Source of the DNA: Hemiscyllium ocellatum
Lineage: Eukaryota
Length of the DNA: 64,000 nt
Assembly (NCBI RefSeq): GCF_020745735.1
Contig: NC_083404.1
Span: forward strand, 58,651,731-58,715,730
Direction: 5' to 3'
How positions within the stretch are numbered: position 1 is the stretch's first letter; every line of letters begins with the position of its first letter. Position numbers and translations under genes: made by a program. Under the pieces are notes generated by a model that was given only the letters and a program-made list of their open reading frames with translations, did no database searches and was not told where the DNA came from. Below, in pieces: positions 12,961 to 25,829 of this stretch.

Positions 12961-15360
12961 ATATTAGTGACTCAAATAGTGGGGCTGAGCTCTGTCTGCT
13001 AAATCTGCTGATGAGACAATGTAGGAAGGAAAATAATTTAGTCAGAGGGCGTCGGAATCTGGAATTGGATTTTGATTTCAATGAATGGACAAAAAAATTG
13101 CCAGATGAAGTATATTGTGGAAAGTAGAATAAAAGTGCAATATATTATTTGTTATATTCTGGAACTCTGCAGTATTGTAGGGATATGGATGGTCCGATAA
13201 TTGATTAACAGATGTTAGTATGCAGATATAGTAAGTGGTTAGAAAAGCAAATGGTTTGTTTGTTTATTACAAAGGGAAAAGTATATATAAAATGTAGTAT
13301 ATTTTGCCACAGTTGCACTGGACCACAACTGGACTGCTAAAATAGGGTTCAGTCTCCTTTTATTTTACAAAGGAAATAATTGCATCTAAAGCAGTTAAGA
13401 GGAGATTCAGTAGGCAGGTTCCTGACATGACATTGTTCTTTAAGAAAAATTTGGATTGAACCACAAGATCCTGATAGGTCTTGAGAGGTTGGATCCTGAA
13501 ACAATGTCTCCCCTCTGGGAGAGACTAGCCCTCAAGGACATAAGGTGGAATTTTCTCAACCCTACTACAATGTAAACAATGGTGATAAATTTAGAAAAAT
13601 ATGGTGGGATTGGGGGAAAAGTTTGATTTTCAAGAAAAAAGTTACAATTTTCTCCTGAAGGTTTAAACTGGGAATCTTGTTTAACAAGCAACGACTTCCT
13701 TAATTCCATGCATTGCTCTGCATTATTAGCTAAATTCTCCTAATTTCTGAGCAGCTCTTGATTCTCCCCTTCTCTCTTGAGGACCTACGCTTGTTGATTC
13801 TTGACTTGAAAATCAGCATGGTTACTTGCTTCTCTAGCCCTCTATTTTAATGTCTCTTCACCAACATCTGCTCCTGTGACGACAACCTCCTCCACCCTTT
13901 ATTCACTAAAGTTGTTATTGGCAAACCACCAGCGCCTCTCTCATTTTGCTAGGTCATCTAGGACCAATTCAGAATTCACTTCTTCAGTCTGAGGAGTTCA
14001 CTTTAGAATTCTGGGACACCTTTTAATCTGCATGCTCCTGCCAAGTCACTTTGCACACAGGAATAAATAGCTATCTCGTGCATCTACTCAGGATGCATCT
14101 TTTAGCTTCATTTCTTAGTATTCAGTCACTTTACGCTTAGAGGCTACCAGCTCCTGTGGATTGTATAGTTTTTCTTAGCCAGAGGGCAGGAGGGATTAAT
14201 AGTTGTGGAGGATGAGGCAAGTGAGAGCAGCTGGAGATCCTGCATGCATTAGTCAGATTGGTAGCAAGTGAGCATTGGTGAGGTTTATAAACAGTTCAGG
14301 TGAGTGAGAGATAAGAGAAGATGGTGACGCTTATGGAACATAGAAGATGTGGAGACAGCATTGATCCAGATCGTTTTTTGTGTTTGGTACCTTGGTCTCC
14401 TTTGGTGGTCTACTAGAGAATGTTGGCAAGATGCTGACTGCACATTAACGAGGTGAGTAACTGAAGGGTACCAAGAAATATCACTGTGAACCATGATGGG
14501 ACATATGCTATGAAACTCCCTGAAAATAACATTTGATCTAAAAATTGAAAATTTCTACAGAATTTTAAAGATAATGGGGTCTCCATTTAAGATGGAGATG
14601 ATTTTTTATTCTCTACAGGATTGAGAGTCAGTGAAACACTGTTCTCAGAATGTGGCCGAGGAAAGGTAACTGAATATGTTTAACACAGTGGTAGGTAGAT
14701 AGGTGGACTGATTTTAATTGATTCTTGGCTAGCAAGGGACTCGAATAGTATTGGGGAGTGCAAGAAAGTAGAGTTGTTACCACAATCGTATCGTCCACAA
14801 CTTAATTAAACAATTCAAGGGGCTAAATCCTGTTCCTAATTTGTATATTTTCAAGTTTACTCAACTCCCTCCTGGGATGGAGGGCTTGTTCAATGATGCA
14901 AAGTTGAATAGGTTGTGTATGTCTGTTGAATTTCAGAAGAAGGAGAGGGTGGTCTTACTGAAATATGTCAGATCCTGAAGGGGCTAATTGCGTGGACACC
15001 ATGAAGTTGTACCTTTTGTGTGGATGAGACTAAAGCTAGGCGAGTCAACTGAAAAATAGGATGTCTTTTCAAGACTGAGATGAGGAATTTTTTTTTCCCT
15101 CTGAAGTTTGTGACACTGCAGTTTCTCATCCGCAGAAAGTAGTACAGACTATTGAATTTATTCAAGGTTGAATTAGATTGATATCAGTCATGACCTTAGT
15201 GGATAGGCTCAAATGGCTGAATAGTCTAAATGTGATGGAGACCAAAGGAGATGGCCAGTTGATTAATAAAGATGAGTATATAGTGCTGTCTCTAAAACAA
15301 TGTCTGTTGTGTTGGGGGGGGCTGTGAAGTTTTGGCTGGGTTCCAATTTCTAACTTGATA

Positions 15361-16411
15361 CCCTTTCACTCTGCTTGAAAGTGTCCATTATTCATATGTG
15401 ATCCTTGCTGGTTGTTGACTAGGTATTATGAAAAGCAATACATAGGAACGCAATCCTAAACTTAACTAATGTCTATGCATATACTTCCAACAGGGGTCAT
15501 CAGATGACTGTCTGGACTGGAAGTTCTCAGTTAATAACAATCTCTCTTTTTGGAGTGTGGAGGAAATTTGTCTAAGCATGTGGATCCATTTAAATGTTTT
15601 TACGTATAGTAACATAAAAGGTCCAACTTCTGCATAGCCTCTCAGAACCAGACAAGTCCATCAATTCTGTTCTTAACTAAAGTTTTATCAAGTTACTTTT
15701 GTGTGCGGTTAAATGATCTAGTTTTAACAACTTTTGATGTCTGCCTCCCTTTTGCTTTGTAAGGCAGGAAGCAGATTTTCCTTAACTGTAATCTTTTGAG
15801 GTCAGTGTTTTTACTCCATGCTGCAGTCTTGTAATCGTAGATTAGCTAAGGTAACCTACTTTGCTACTCGTGATGCTGTTTGCCACTTGAAAGGAGTGAG
15901 TTATGTCACTAAACAACATTTTTTTTCTAATGGTAAGTTCAGCTTTTGCAGCCTGGCCTCCATTAATGTGAAGTACCAAACAATCATTCTCTGCTTTTCA
16001 GATAGCAAAAAAAATTCCTTAACTTAAAAAAGCGGAAAATTTGAGGATGGGAGGTGGCAAGCTTAGCTTTCAATACTACTCTCCTGTTGCTGTGATATTA
16101 GTACCAACAAGCAAAGCATAATAATTTAACTTTCATAAAACAAAGTAGTTAAATGCTGTGTGTGTAATGCCACACAACCTGCCTCATGGCCAAAACGTCC
16201 TTTCTTTTTGGGTAGTTGCACCTTTTAAATATTCTCCCAAGTTTGGATAGTTCAATGACACTCCTTGTTCACAATCCCTTTCACTCTGCTTGCAAAGGTC
16301 CATCATTCATACGTGATCCTTGCTGTTTGTTGACTAGGTATCATAAAAAGCAATACAGAGGAACACAATCCTAAACTTAACTAATGTTTATGCATACACT
16401 TCCAACAGGGG
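15361..16411. repeat. Pair of 136-bp direct repeats (15361-15496 and 16276-16411)
   Basis: Ungapped alignment by eye: 12 mismatches in 136 (about 91%), sharp boundaries, starts 915 bp apart. Confidence 0.92.
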
Positions 16412-16722
16412 AAGTGGGAGAATGGCCCTTTTTTTTTTGAGATGGCAGTAGGTTCTTGACAGTTAGAAACAATGAAAAATAATATCTTCAGAATAGAGGT
16501 GGTAGTTCACTAAGAGGAGAAATATGAGAAAACTGTGTTTAATAGAGAAAAATAGATCTGGCTGTCACTACTGCTGGCCTGAAAAGATTGTTCATAACAG
16601 GGGTTTTCAGTCATGTGCCATTGGTTAATAGTCTCACATTTGTAAATTCCTGATAATCCAGTGCCTTTTATTTCCAAACCAGATGTCCACACTAATTGCT
16701 AATTAATTTTTATTTTTACAAG

Positions 16723-16813
16723 ATTGTTGCCCAGAAGGTTGAATTGTCACGGCAGTTTTTGGAACATTTCGCCCTCTACCTCGTCCGTGAACTTCCTAAT
16801 CAAGGATATTCTG
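16723..16813 (+). CDS. SNX31: SNX31 coding exon: IVAQKVELSRQFLEHFALYLVRELPNQGYS(V)
   Basis: tatttttacaAG acceptor, GTAAGG donor; 91 bp, phase 0/1. Resembles SNX31/17 'VVSHKIGL.R..L.YF.L.L.R'. Confidence 0.9.
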
Positions 16814-17754
16814 GTAAGGTTCAAACTAGTTTAGTTTAAATCTTAAGGGCATTCAATGTAGACTTGTGGGAGGGACATTATCTTCATGAGTACATTTTAT
16901 CTCCAGTAATCCTCAGATGTTTGAGTTGGTAAAGTCCTATATAAATGCACATATTACATTTTCACAGCTGATCCTTGATTTACTGAGGCTGCCATTTATT
17001 CACTGAATTAATTTAAGAAATGCTCCTTGTAGAACTGATAATATCTATAAACTTCGATAACTACAAAATCACTGCACTTTCTAGTGCAATTATGTGAAAG
17101 GGGTCCTGTCTCCCTGCACCATGTTCTTATCTAGATTATAATAGACTCTTCAAGTGAAATAAATGTATATAGTTTCTCAACAAATTTCCCAGCAAATACC
17201 AAAGCCAATCCTAGTTTTCCTAGTTCTTTTCTATTAATCTGAGTTTTCAGAGACAAAAAAATGAGATGACAACTTTGAAATTATTTGATCTTTTGCAATG
17301 CAGCAATAATATATTTAATACTGTTATGAAGATGTGGGTGTACTATATACCTTTTTTAAGAGAGTTGAAAAGCTAGCAAGAAACAAGCTCAGAGTGTACT
17401 GGAAAATTTAAAATTTAACAGTGGATTGAAACAACTAGCTAAGACCTGGGCTGTCAGGATACAAAAACAAATTCAAGTTGGCCATCACTCTAAATTATGT
17501 CCCAAGTTACCAAAAGCCAAACATTATTGAAAAAATAATGGTTTGACAACACTAAACCAATGAAATGATCCAATGTTTTGGGGTATGAATATCAAACATT
17601 TTGAACAGTTACCCAGAGTGGCAAAGAGCAGCTAGTACCAACAACTAGAAAGACTGCTTGCAGGAAGATCTGCTCTCTTAATGGTACCTTTATCTATCAA
17701 AGTCCAATGAAACAGAATCCCTAAGAAGAAGAAAAGAAGACAGAAGAAAATCTT

Positions 17755-18835
17755 CATACAACACTTTGGATTAGAAACTGGCTTTCTGAAAGAAGGCAGC
17801 GAGTGGTGGTTGATGGAAAATATTCAGTCTGGAGTCCAGTTACTAGTGTGCCACAAGGGTCTGTTTTGAGACCACTGCTGTCATTTTTATAAATGACTTA
17901 GACACAGGCATAGATGGATGGATTAGTAAATTTGCAGACGACACTAAAGTCAGTGGCATAGTGACCATGTGGAAGAATGTTACAAGTTGCAGGGGGACTT
18001 GGATAAACTGCAGAATTGGGCTGAGATGTGGCAAATGGAGTTCAATGCAACTAAATGTGAGGTGATGCACTTTGGGAATAACAACAAGAAGGCAGAATAC
18101 TGTGTCAATGGAAAGATTCTTGGTAGTGTGAATGTGCAGAGGGATCTTGGAGTCCATGTGCATAGATCCCTGAAAGTTGCCACCCAAGTGGATAATACTG
18201 TTAAGAAGGCATATGGTGTGTTAGGTTTTATTGGTAGAGGGATTGAGTTCCAGAACCGCAATATCATGCTGCAACTATAAAAAAAAAACACTACTGAGGC
18301 CTCACTTGGAATATTATTGTGTACAGTTCTGGTCACCACATTAGAGGAAGAATGTGGAAGTATTGGAAAAGTTGCAGAGGAGATTTACCAGGATGTTGCC
18401 TGGTCTGGAGGGAAGGTCTTATGAGGAAAGGCTGAGAGACTTGGGTCTGTTCTCCTTTAAAGAAGGCGGCTAAGGGGGGATTTGATAAAGACATACAAGA
18501 TGATCAGAGGATTAGATTGGGTAGACAGTGAAATACGCTTTTTCCTAGGATGATGACATCAGCTTGTACGAGAGGGCATAACTACAAATTGAGGGGTGGT
18601 AGATTTAAGACAGATGTCAGAGGCAGGTTCTTTACGCAGAGAGTGGTAAGGGCGTGGAATGCCCTCACTGCTAATGTAGTCAACTCAGTCCAAGTTAGGG
18701 AGATTTTAAACAATCCTTAGGTAATCACATAAATGATTTTGAGAGAGTTTAGGGGATGAGCTGAGAATAGTTCACAGGTCGGTGCAACATCTAAGGCCGA
18801 AGGGCCTGTTCTGCACTGTATTGGTCTATGTTCTA
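17755..18835 (+). mobile_element. CR1 LINE, RT to 3' end
   Basis: 'VPQGSVL..LL', 'SKFADDTK', 'WQMEFN..KCEVMHFG', 3' tail 'ggccgaagggcctgttctg...tctatgttcta'. Confidence 0.9.
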
Positions 18836-18952
18836 AAGCTGACTGGTTTTGAAATGTGATTTATTGGAAATCATAATTCCGATTTTTATCGGACCAGTAT
18901 TGTAGAGGAGGAGGTAGAAGATAGGTTTAAGAGAAAGGAGTTGTAAATAGTT

Positions 18953-19490
18953 AGAGTCACAGATGTGCAGCATGGAAACAGACCCTTCAGTCCACCCCCT
19001 CCATGTCAACCAGATATCCCAACCTAATTATGTCCCACTTTCCAGCACCCGGCCCATATCCCTCCAAATCCTTCCTGTTCATATACCCATCTAGATGCTT
19101 TTTAAATGTTGCAATTGTACCAGTTTCCACCACTTCCTCTGGCAGTTCATTCCATATACGCACCACCCTCTGCATGAAAAAGTTGCCACTTAGGTCTATT
19201 TTTATATCTTTCCCCTCTCACCCTGAAACTATGCCCTCTAATTCTGGATGACCCCCCCCTCACCAGGGAAAAGACCTTGTCTATTTACCCTATCCATGCC
19301 TCTCATGATTTTATAAGGTCACCCCTCAGCCTTCGATGCTCCAGGGAAAACAGTCCCAACCTGTTCAATGTCTCCCTATAGTTCAAATCCTCTAACCCTA
19401 GCAACATCCTTGTAAATTTTTTCTAGCCCTTTTCAAGTTTCACAACATCCTTCCAACAAGGAGACAAGAATTGCAAGCAATATTCCAAAC
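18953..19490 (-). mobile_element. CR1 LINE 3' fragment
   Basis: 'QRVVRIWNELPEEVVE..TI.TFK.HLD.YM' on the minus strand; near-identical to the CR1 3' part at 11796-12280. Confidence 0.88.
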
Positions 19491-20679
19491 ATTTTTAGTT
19501 TATATTCTCTTAGACTTCAAGAATAAAGTTCTTACATTTTTACTTTTAAATAGTGACTTTTGGGATTGTCCTTTTGCCTCTTGAATTTTAACAGATTACA
19601 GATTGGGGTGAATTTAATCTGTGGTGCTGGTTTAAATTAGCAGAGGGGTTTATCCTGTGTCATGAAAATACCCCATTATTTAAAGATCTGTTTTTACTAA
19701 AACCTAAACAAATTGTATATTCAGTCTACTTCAGCTTCTCTAAATCTCTCCTGTATAATCTGACTTTATAATTATACTCTTGAAGTGGAACTAATGCAAA
19801 CAAAAAGAGAACAGCAACATAGTGATTATCTCTAGGTCTGCACAGTTGTTTTGAAAGCGAGAGTTCAAATCCATAGCACTGGACACTACGATAAGGCACA
19901 TTGTTATTGTTTGATAGGGGATTTGGGGAGATATAACAAAAACTCTATGGGTTAATGATTCAAATCAACATGTTTATTGGCAGTTTTATTTATATAATGA
20001 AAATATTAAGCAGTGATTGAACATATTGAGTGGTAAGGTGCATTGAGTTAGCAACAAGTCTCACTGTCATCTTCAAGTCACAAATCCCAGTCCGAGGTGA
20101 AGTCTGACAAGTGTGACAGGGTCCCTAGAGTTGTTAATGCTCTGGTTTCATGCTATTTCATACGTTCTACACTTCCAGATATTCCATTGTGCAGACAATA
20201 AGTTGAAAACATCATCAAAGTGGCTGTATGTCAGCAAGATAAGAGTGGTTCCCGTAGACAAGATGCGATTACCAAAAGCCAAAATAAGTTGTTTTTGCAC
20301 TTGACCATTAATCTCACACTTGTTTCTAAATGCTCATTGTCATGTGCTTAAATGAAGGTGTAATTATATCTTCAGAGGATATAATTTTTAATCCTACCAC
20401 TACACACACTCCCAGCCCTGTAGGATTTGAAAAGGCCAACTTACTAACACGTGGCTTTTGCCAAAAATTGGAGATCTGTCCCAAAGATAAGTCGAGCATC
20501 AGAATCTAAACAATCCGACATCTTGAAATTCTCCATCACCTGGAAATATCTTGTCCCAACAGCAGGATGAACATACCAGTGGTATACAGTCAGTAGGGAA
20601 TAGCCATGGGGGTCTTCAATATTGATTCCAGATCTATAAAGTTTCATTGCATCAGGTCAAAGATGCAAGGGCTCACCTT

Positions 20680-21490
20680 CTATTAATTGCCAACTACCAT
20701 TGAAGGATGAATCGGAATGCCACTAGATGTAATGAGGGTGCAGGGGCACAGGATGTACTCTGAATGGGGAGTGACTTCACTGTCCATCACCAAGAATGGC
20801 TCCGTAGCATCGTCGCTGGCTGAGTTGTTCAAGTCTTAGAGTCATGGACCTCCAGTGATGAGAGACTCTGAGGGGAAAACCTTACTTAACCTCATCCTCA
20901 CCAATCTGTCTGTCACAGTTACATCTCTTCATGATAGTATTGATAGGAATGACTGCAGCAAAATCCTTGTGGATAGAATATCCTGTTTTTGAATCATACT
21001 GTGTGGTAGTATTATTCATGCCGAAGGAGGGAGATTCAAAACAGGACTAGCAGCTGAAACCTCGGTACCTGCTGGATGTTGTGAGGTCATCAGGAGCAAC
21101 AAAACCTAATACACCACAATTTGTAATCTTTTAAAGCTTGAAATGTGCCTTCGGTAATCTTTTCAAATTAGCTCAGGCTCAATGAAGAGAGCAGCATCAA
21201 GCAGACCTAAAAATGAAGCGAAGCAACACAAATGGAGTGTAAGCATGCTATAGGCAAGGCTAATGGATACTTAATCAATGCATTGGATGAAATGTCTGCT
21301 GTTCTATCATAACTAACTGAAGGCAGACTCCATTTACAATCATGGAATACTCAACATAGTGCTCAAGGAAGAGATAAAATATTTGCAATCATTGTCAGCC
21401 AGAAGTGCCAAGCTAATGATTCATCTCAGGCTCCATTCGAAGACTTCAGCATCACAGTTGCCAATCTTCAGAAAGTTATAATTCACCAGA
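20680..21490 (+). mobile_element. Decayed LINE endonuclease region
   Basis: Remnants of 'DF.VHHQEWL', 'GKNLL.LILTNL' and 'HDSI.R.D'. Confidence 0.6.
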
Positions 21491-21639
21491 ATAAGGATTG
21501 ATACCTGAAACATTGATGGCCCCACCTCCTAATGGTGCCTGGCTTGCTGTGTTCTTCCAGCCTCTTGCTTGTCTACTTTGGATTCTAGCAACTGCAGTTT
21601 TTCTTTGTGTCTCAGGTGTTAGGAAAAGCAGCTTTAGTA

Positions 21640-22230
21640 ACAAATGCATGGTCTAAAAACTCCCCTCTCGGACTAATATCACACCAAATTTGTAAATGGT
21701 CTGGTTGAGCCGTAGACAGTATCGGTTGCTAACGAGTGGAGTTTGTGGTGCTGATGGAAACTAATGTCTTCAGTTTTCTTTATTTAATTTTTCGAAGGTT
21801 CAGCTTTTCTGGTTCTGAATGTATCAGAAACTGTCTTATAATTTTGGCAACACTGGAGTGATTGAGGTGGCTGACGTAGAACTGTGTTGTTGCTATGCTT
21901 TCAAATTTTGCTGAGAAGCATCATGTGGCTGAAAAATGGGAGGGGTGGTCAAGGATAGAAATGTGGGGGTAACTAGAGTCGATGATTGATTTAGAAGCAG
22001 GAAGAAAAGACATTGGTGATTCTCTGGCTATGATTCAATAGATAAGAATGAAATAAATACAATCAGTCAGATGGATGACAATGGAAAGGCTTTGGAGGAA
22101 AATGCCATGGTTAACAATGATAGGTTGCAGGCAGATCGAAAGATGAGGATGGATAATGTGACTTTGTCATGGTCACAGAGGGCATCACTGTTGACTTTCA
22201 ATACTCTGGTAGGAACAGAAGCCTGATTGT
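21640..22230 (-). mobile_element. Old L2-like LINE RT remnant
   Basis: Degenerate 'G.PQ.SIL.P..F' near 21930-21980 on the minus strand. Confidence 0.4.
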
Positions 22231-22859
22231 ATTATAGTTACATATATATAAACAACACACATTTTCCATAATAAAGGCAAAATAATTATTATGTTGAAGA
22301 AATACCCAGCTTTTAATGTCGGTTAGCACAGTGCCAGGTTGGTCTTCAGAAAGATTTGCGTATAAGCCTAATTCATATTAGAAATGGCTATCCATCCCAT
22401 TTCTTTGGGTGAATATTGGCAGCATGTGCTCTATTGTCTTGAATTGGCTGAGTAGGTACAATTTATTAGTAAGTCATCATCTTTAACTAGAGAATAGAAT
22501 TAACTAAAGCTGAGCTGTTGGTCTGTAATCCAACATTGTAAATAACTCTGTGTTGAGTTATAGATCTCTGACAAAGATGGCATCTTCATAAAATAGAGCG
22601 GTTTAACTGTGTACCTGGTCAATTTCTAAACGCTTGAGAGATTTTGGGGGTATGATCTACAAAACCAATCTGTGTGTGTGTGTAGACGAACCTGAGAACC
22701 TTACAACAAAGGAGGCGTTTAGCCTTGTGCCTGTACTGGCTCTTTGGAAGAGCTGTTGAATTAGTCCATCGCGTACCTCTTTTCCCGTAACGACATGGTT
22801 AAAACTTCCATTAAAACAAATTGAACTTTTTCAATGAAATGGAAATTGTTAAGAATATT

Positions 22860-23128
22860 TGTTTATGGATGCAGGTCTGCTCACCGAGCTGGAAGGTTCA
22901 TTTTCAGACGTTTCATCACCATACTAGGTAACATTAGTAAAGCACTGAGGGTATGGCCCGCTTTCTATTTGTGTTTGGGTTTCCTTAGGTTGGTGATGTC
23001 ACTTCCTGTGGTGATATCATTTCCTGCTCTTTTTCTCAGGGGTTGGTAAATGGTATCCAAGTCAATGTGTTGTTTGTTGACAGAGTTCCAGTTGGAATGC
23101 CGTGCTTCTAGGAATTCTTGTGCGTGTT
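22860..23128 (-). mobile_element. Older Poseidon-type PLE 3'/pLTR fragment next to an SNX31 exon
   Basis: 'ctcaccgagctgg...gacgtttc.tc.cc..ctaggt.aca' and 'g.gc.tctaggaattc' match 4270-4480. Confidence 0.7.
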
Positions 23129-23165
23129 CTCAATTTACATTTATGTTGTCTATTTCTTGGGCCAG

Positions 23166-23253
23166 TGCTGAAAAGGTTGAATGCGTTTGAACTGTCATAT
23201 GTGAGTCTCTGGAGCCTGCAGGATGAGAACTGCAAAATAATGATCAGGAAAAG
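23166..23253 (+). CDS. SNX31: SNX31 coding exon: (V)LKRLNAFELSYVSLWSLQDENCKIMIRK(S)
   Basis: ccAG acceptor, GTGAGT donor; 88 bp, phase 1/2, fits both neighbours. Resembles 'KKLADFELPYVSL...ENCKVGLRK'. Confidence 0.9.
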
Positions 23254-24739
23254 GTGAGTGAAGCATATTTTCCTCAGCAGCAATTTTTAAAACTGGTTGT
23301 TTCTTTTTGATATTCTGTAGCTATGTTTCCCATCTGTACTGATCATTATCCTTGGAGAAGGTAATAAAGATGCATGTTTTTCTGCAGTTGATTAAAGTGA
23401 GCTACACTCATCAGTCACAACAGAACCATGCTAATAAAAGGTTTGCTGTAATAATTTGAAGGTAATATTCCATAAGTGAAGCCTTTGCTGAGTCTTTGTG
23501 GATCCAACCTTTTTCTTTCCAGCTTAATATTTCTCCTATATGTCATATTCCTGTGAATGTCTTTTAATAACTCCAATGTTTTTCTTTCATAAATTATCAT
23601 TATTTGACTTGCAATGTTGCAAACCTGGAGCTCCCTGAAGACCTTGAGTGAAATCTCATTGAGGCATTCGGGGTCAGTCTTGCCCTCTGGGGAGCTGGCG
23701 AGAGATCTGCTCTGCCTGTTTTTAGTAAGGCCCACTTACCATGTCAGTCTGGCAGTGACAAGGCCACCATCAGGCCTTCTGCCTCAAGCGCATCTGAGGA
23801 GACTATAGCTGTTACTGGAATTTGGATTTTTGGAATATCCAGGATGCATCTAAGATATTGGGGAGGGGACTTTTGTGTGTATTTGGGGTTCATACAGAGA
23901 AGGGAGCAGGGGTTTGGAAACAAACATGAGGCTATGGTTCTCATAAGACATAGCCCCCTTTCTTGATTGCTCCCTTGATGAGGCATGGATTGCCTTTGAC
24001 CAAGGAATTCCCTTCCCCAACAACCCAGGGAGGCAAGCAGTTTGCACCTTACTGTTTTAACAGTACTGCATGGTGAAAGCCTGCCTACAGCTGGATGAAT
24101 CCTTGTGGTTTTACCAGTAGCTTCCTTTTCCAGATGTTTCTGTGACGGAGGCAGGAGGGTAGTGGGGTTCAAGTAAGATCTCTCTCATTTCTTCCCCCAC
24201 ACCCCCTAAATCCCAGCTAGCTAGGTAGATGCCTATCCCACCTCCTAAGATCACCTCAATCAAGAATGGAAGAATCTTCTCCTGTTTTACCACATGATTT
24301 TGTTTGACTTTTCTATTCAAACTGCTTTCTTGTGCTTTTTGGGTGTACTGGATTAGAGGAATATCTAAACTCCGCAGTGTTAGGGAAGAGGCCAATAATA
24401 AATGAGCATAATAAGGATAATATTAAATAACTTTAGTAACTAATACATATTTTATTGAATGCCTTTTAGTATTTAATTTAAATAATCTTTTAGAAAAGAA
24501 GGTGAAATCTGCTACTACAAAAGATGCTTTAATTCTGCCACCTCTAGATGGCATTGGTTTGTCATTTGTGGAACCAGCTTTGAATAGCTACCTAACATTG
24601 ATACAAATCCATACAGATTTGCTTAGATTAGGTACAAGACCTTAATCTACATGCTTTATGCATGAACGTTCACTATAAATTAAATGAAATTAAAAGCACA
24701 CATACTTCAAGGATTAAAGAAAATTTTGGATTTGAAGAG

Positions 24740-25285
24740 CATGTTTTCACAAATTTGAGATGTCTCAAAATATTTTGTGACCAATTGAGTAGCACATTTG
24801 GTGTGTAGCCACTCTTCTATAAAATCTCAAACAACAGTGTGATGTTAACATAGTATGTAGGTATTGGTGGGGAGGGGGGGGGTGCTTTTGTGTTGCAAAT
24901 CCCTACATATGGGCAAGGAAGCCTGGGTTCAAATTCCAATTTCTGCAGAGGTTTGTAATAACAAAAATATCCATGCAGCACCTCCATTTCCAAAGTAGGT
25001 ATTGTTGAAGGATTAGTATTCGAGGTGAGGCAAGTTGAGAAAATACCTCTGGTCGTCTTTGAAGTAGTGTCAGGATCTTTTATATCCACCTGAGAGGTTG
25101 GATAGGTCTTAGATATTTTTAATGTGCTTTTTAAAACAAATCTTTAATTAGAAAAAATAACGACAAATCTTATCAATCTGTCCATGCTGGAGTATCACCC
25201 TAAGTCTTTTTCTGCTTAGGCTTGGGGAATGGGACTTGATCCCATGACCTTCGGATTCTGGAATGAATACGTAACAACAGCTGCC
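24740..25285 (-). mobile_element. DeuSINE (SacSINE1/AmnSINE1-like) remnant
   Basis: 'ggatcttttatatccacctgagagg' Deu core and tRNA-like head 'gggacttgatcccatgaccttc' in antisense. Confidence 0.6.
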
Positions 25286-25829
25286 TTAGATCTGCATTCT
25301 TTCAGATTGGTATGGAACAGGAAATAAAGCTTGCCTTTCCCTCAGGCTCACGCAAGCCCTTTGAATTAGGGAGATTTTTTTTCCCACTCCACCTCTCATT
25401 TCCACCCAGAGATTTTCTTGTGCATTTTGTACAAAGGCGATGAGGACCAAGAGTAGATGCTTCCTCCTTTGAATGGAATGATGCGAGGTAGAAAAAGTGG
25501 CCATTACTTGAGATGCTGTGGTTGCGATTGGATACACAAGCATGGAACTGAGAGATTGTCGTCTGAAGGTGCAGACATTGATAGTAAGTGACAGAGGGTG
25601 ATCTATGACCAATGGATTGAAACAAATTCACGATATAAATATGTGTATATGTTGAGTTTGCACCCCTTTAAAACAAATTCCACTTCATCGATATGATTGA
25701 CAGCATGCATTATGGTGAAAACAACTTGTACACCAGTTCAGAAACATTTTTATCCAATGTGGTTTAGGGAAGGAAGTCTGCTGTCGTTCCCCAGTTTAGC
25801 CTACATATGACTCCAGACTCGGCTATATT

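Larger units (their letters stand above)
17322..19667 (+). mobile_element. Solo LTR (about 0.7 kb net) split by two nested CR1 insertions
   Basis: Starts TGTTATGA, ends TCATGAAA (degenerate inverted terminus); 4-bp TSD atac (17318-17321 / 19668-19671); CCAAT motifs near 17557-17575; AATAAA near 19522. Confidence 0.65.
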
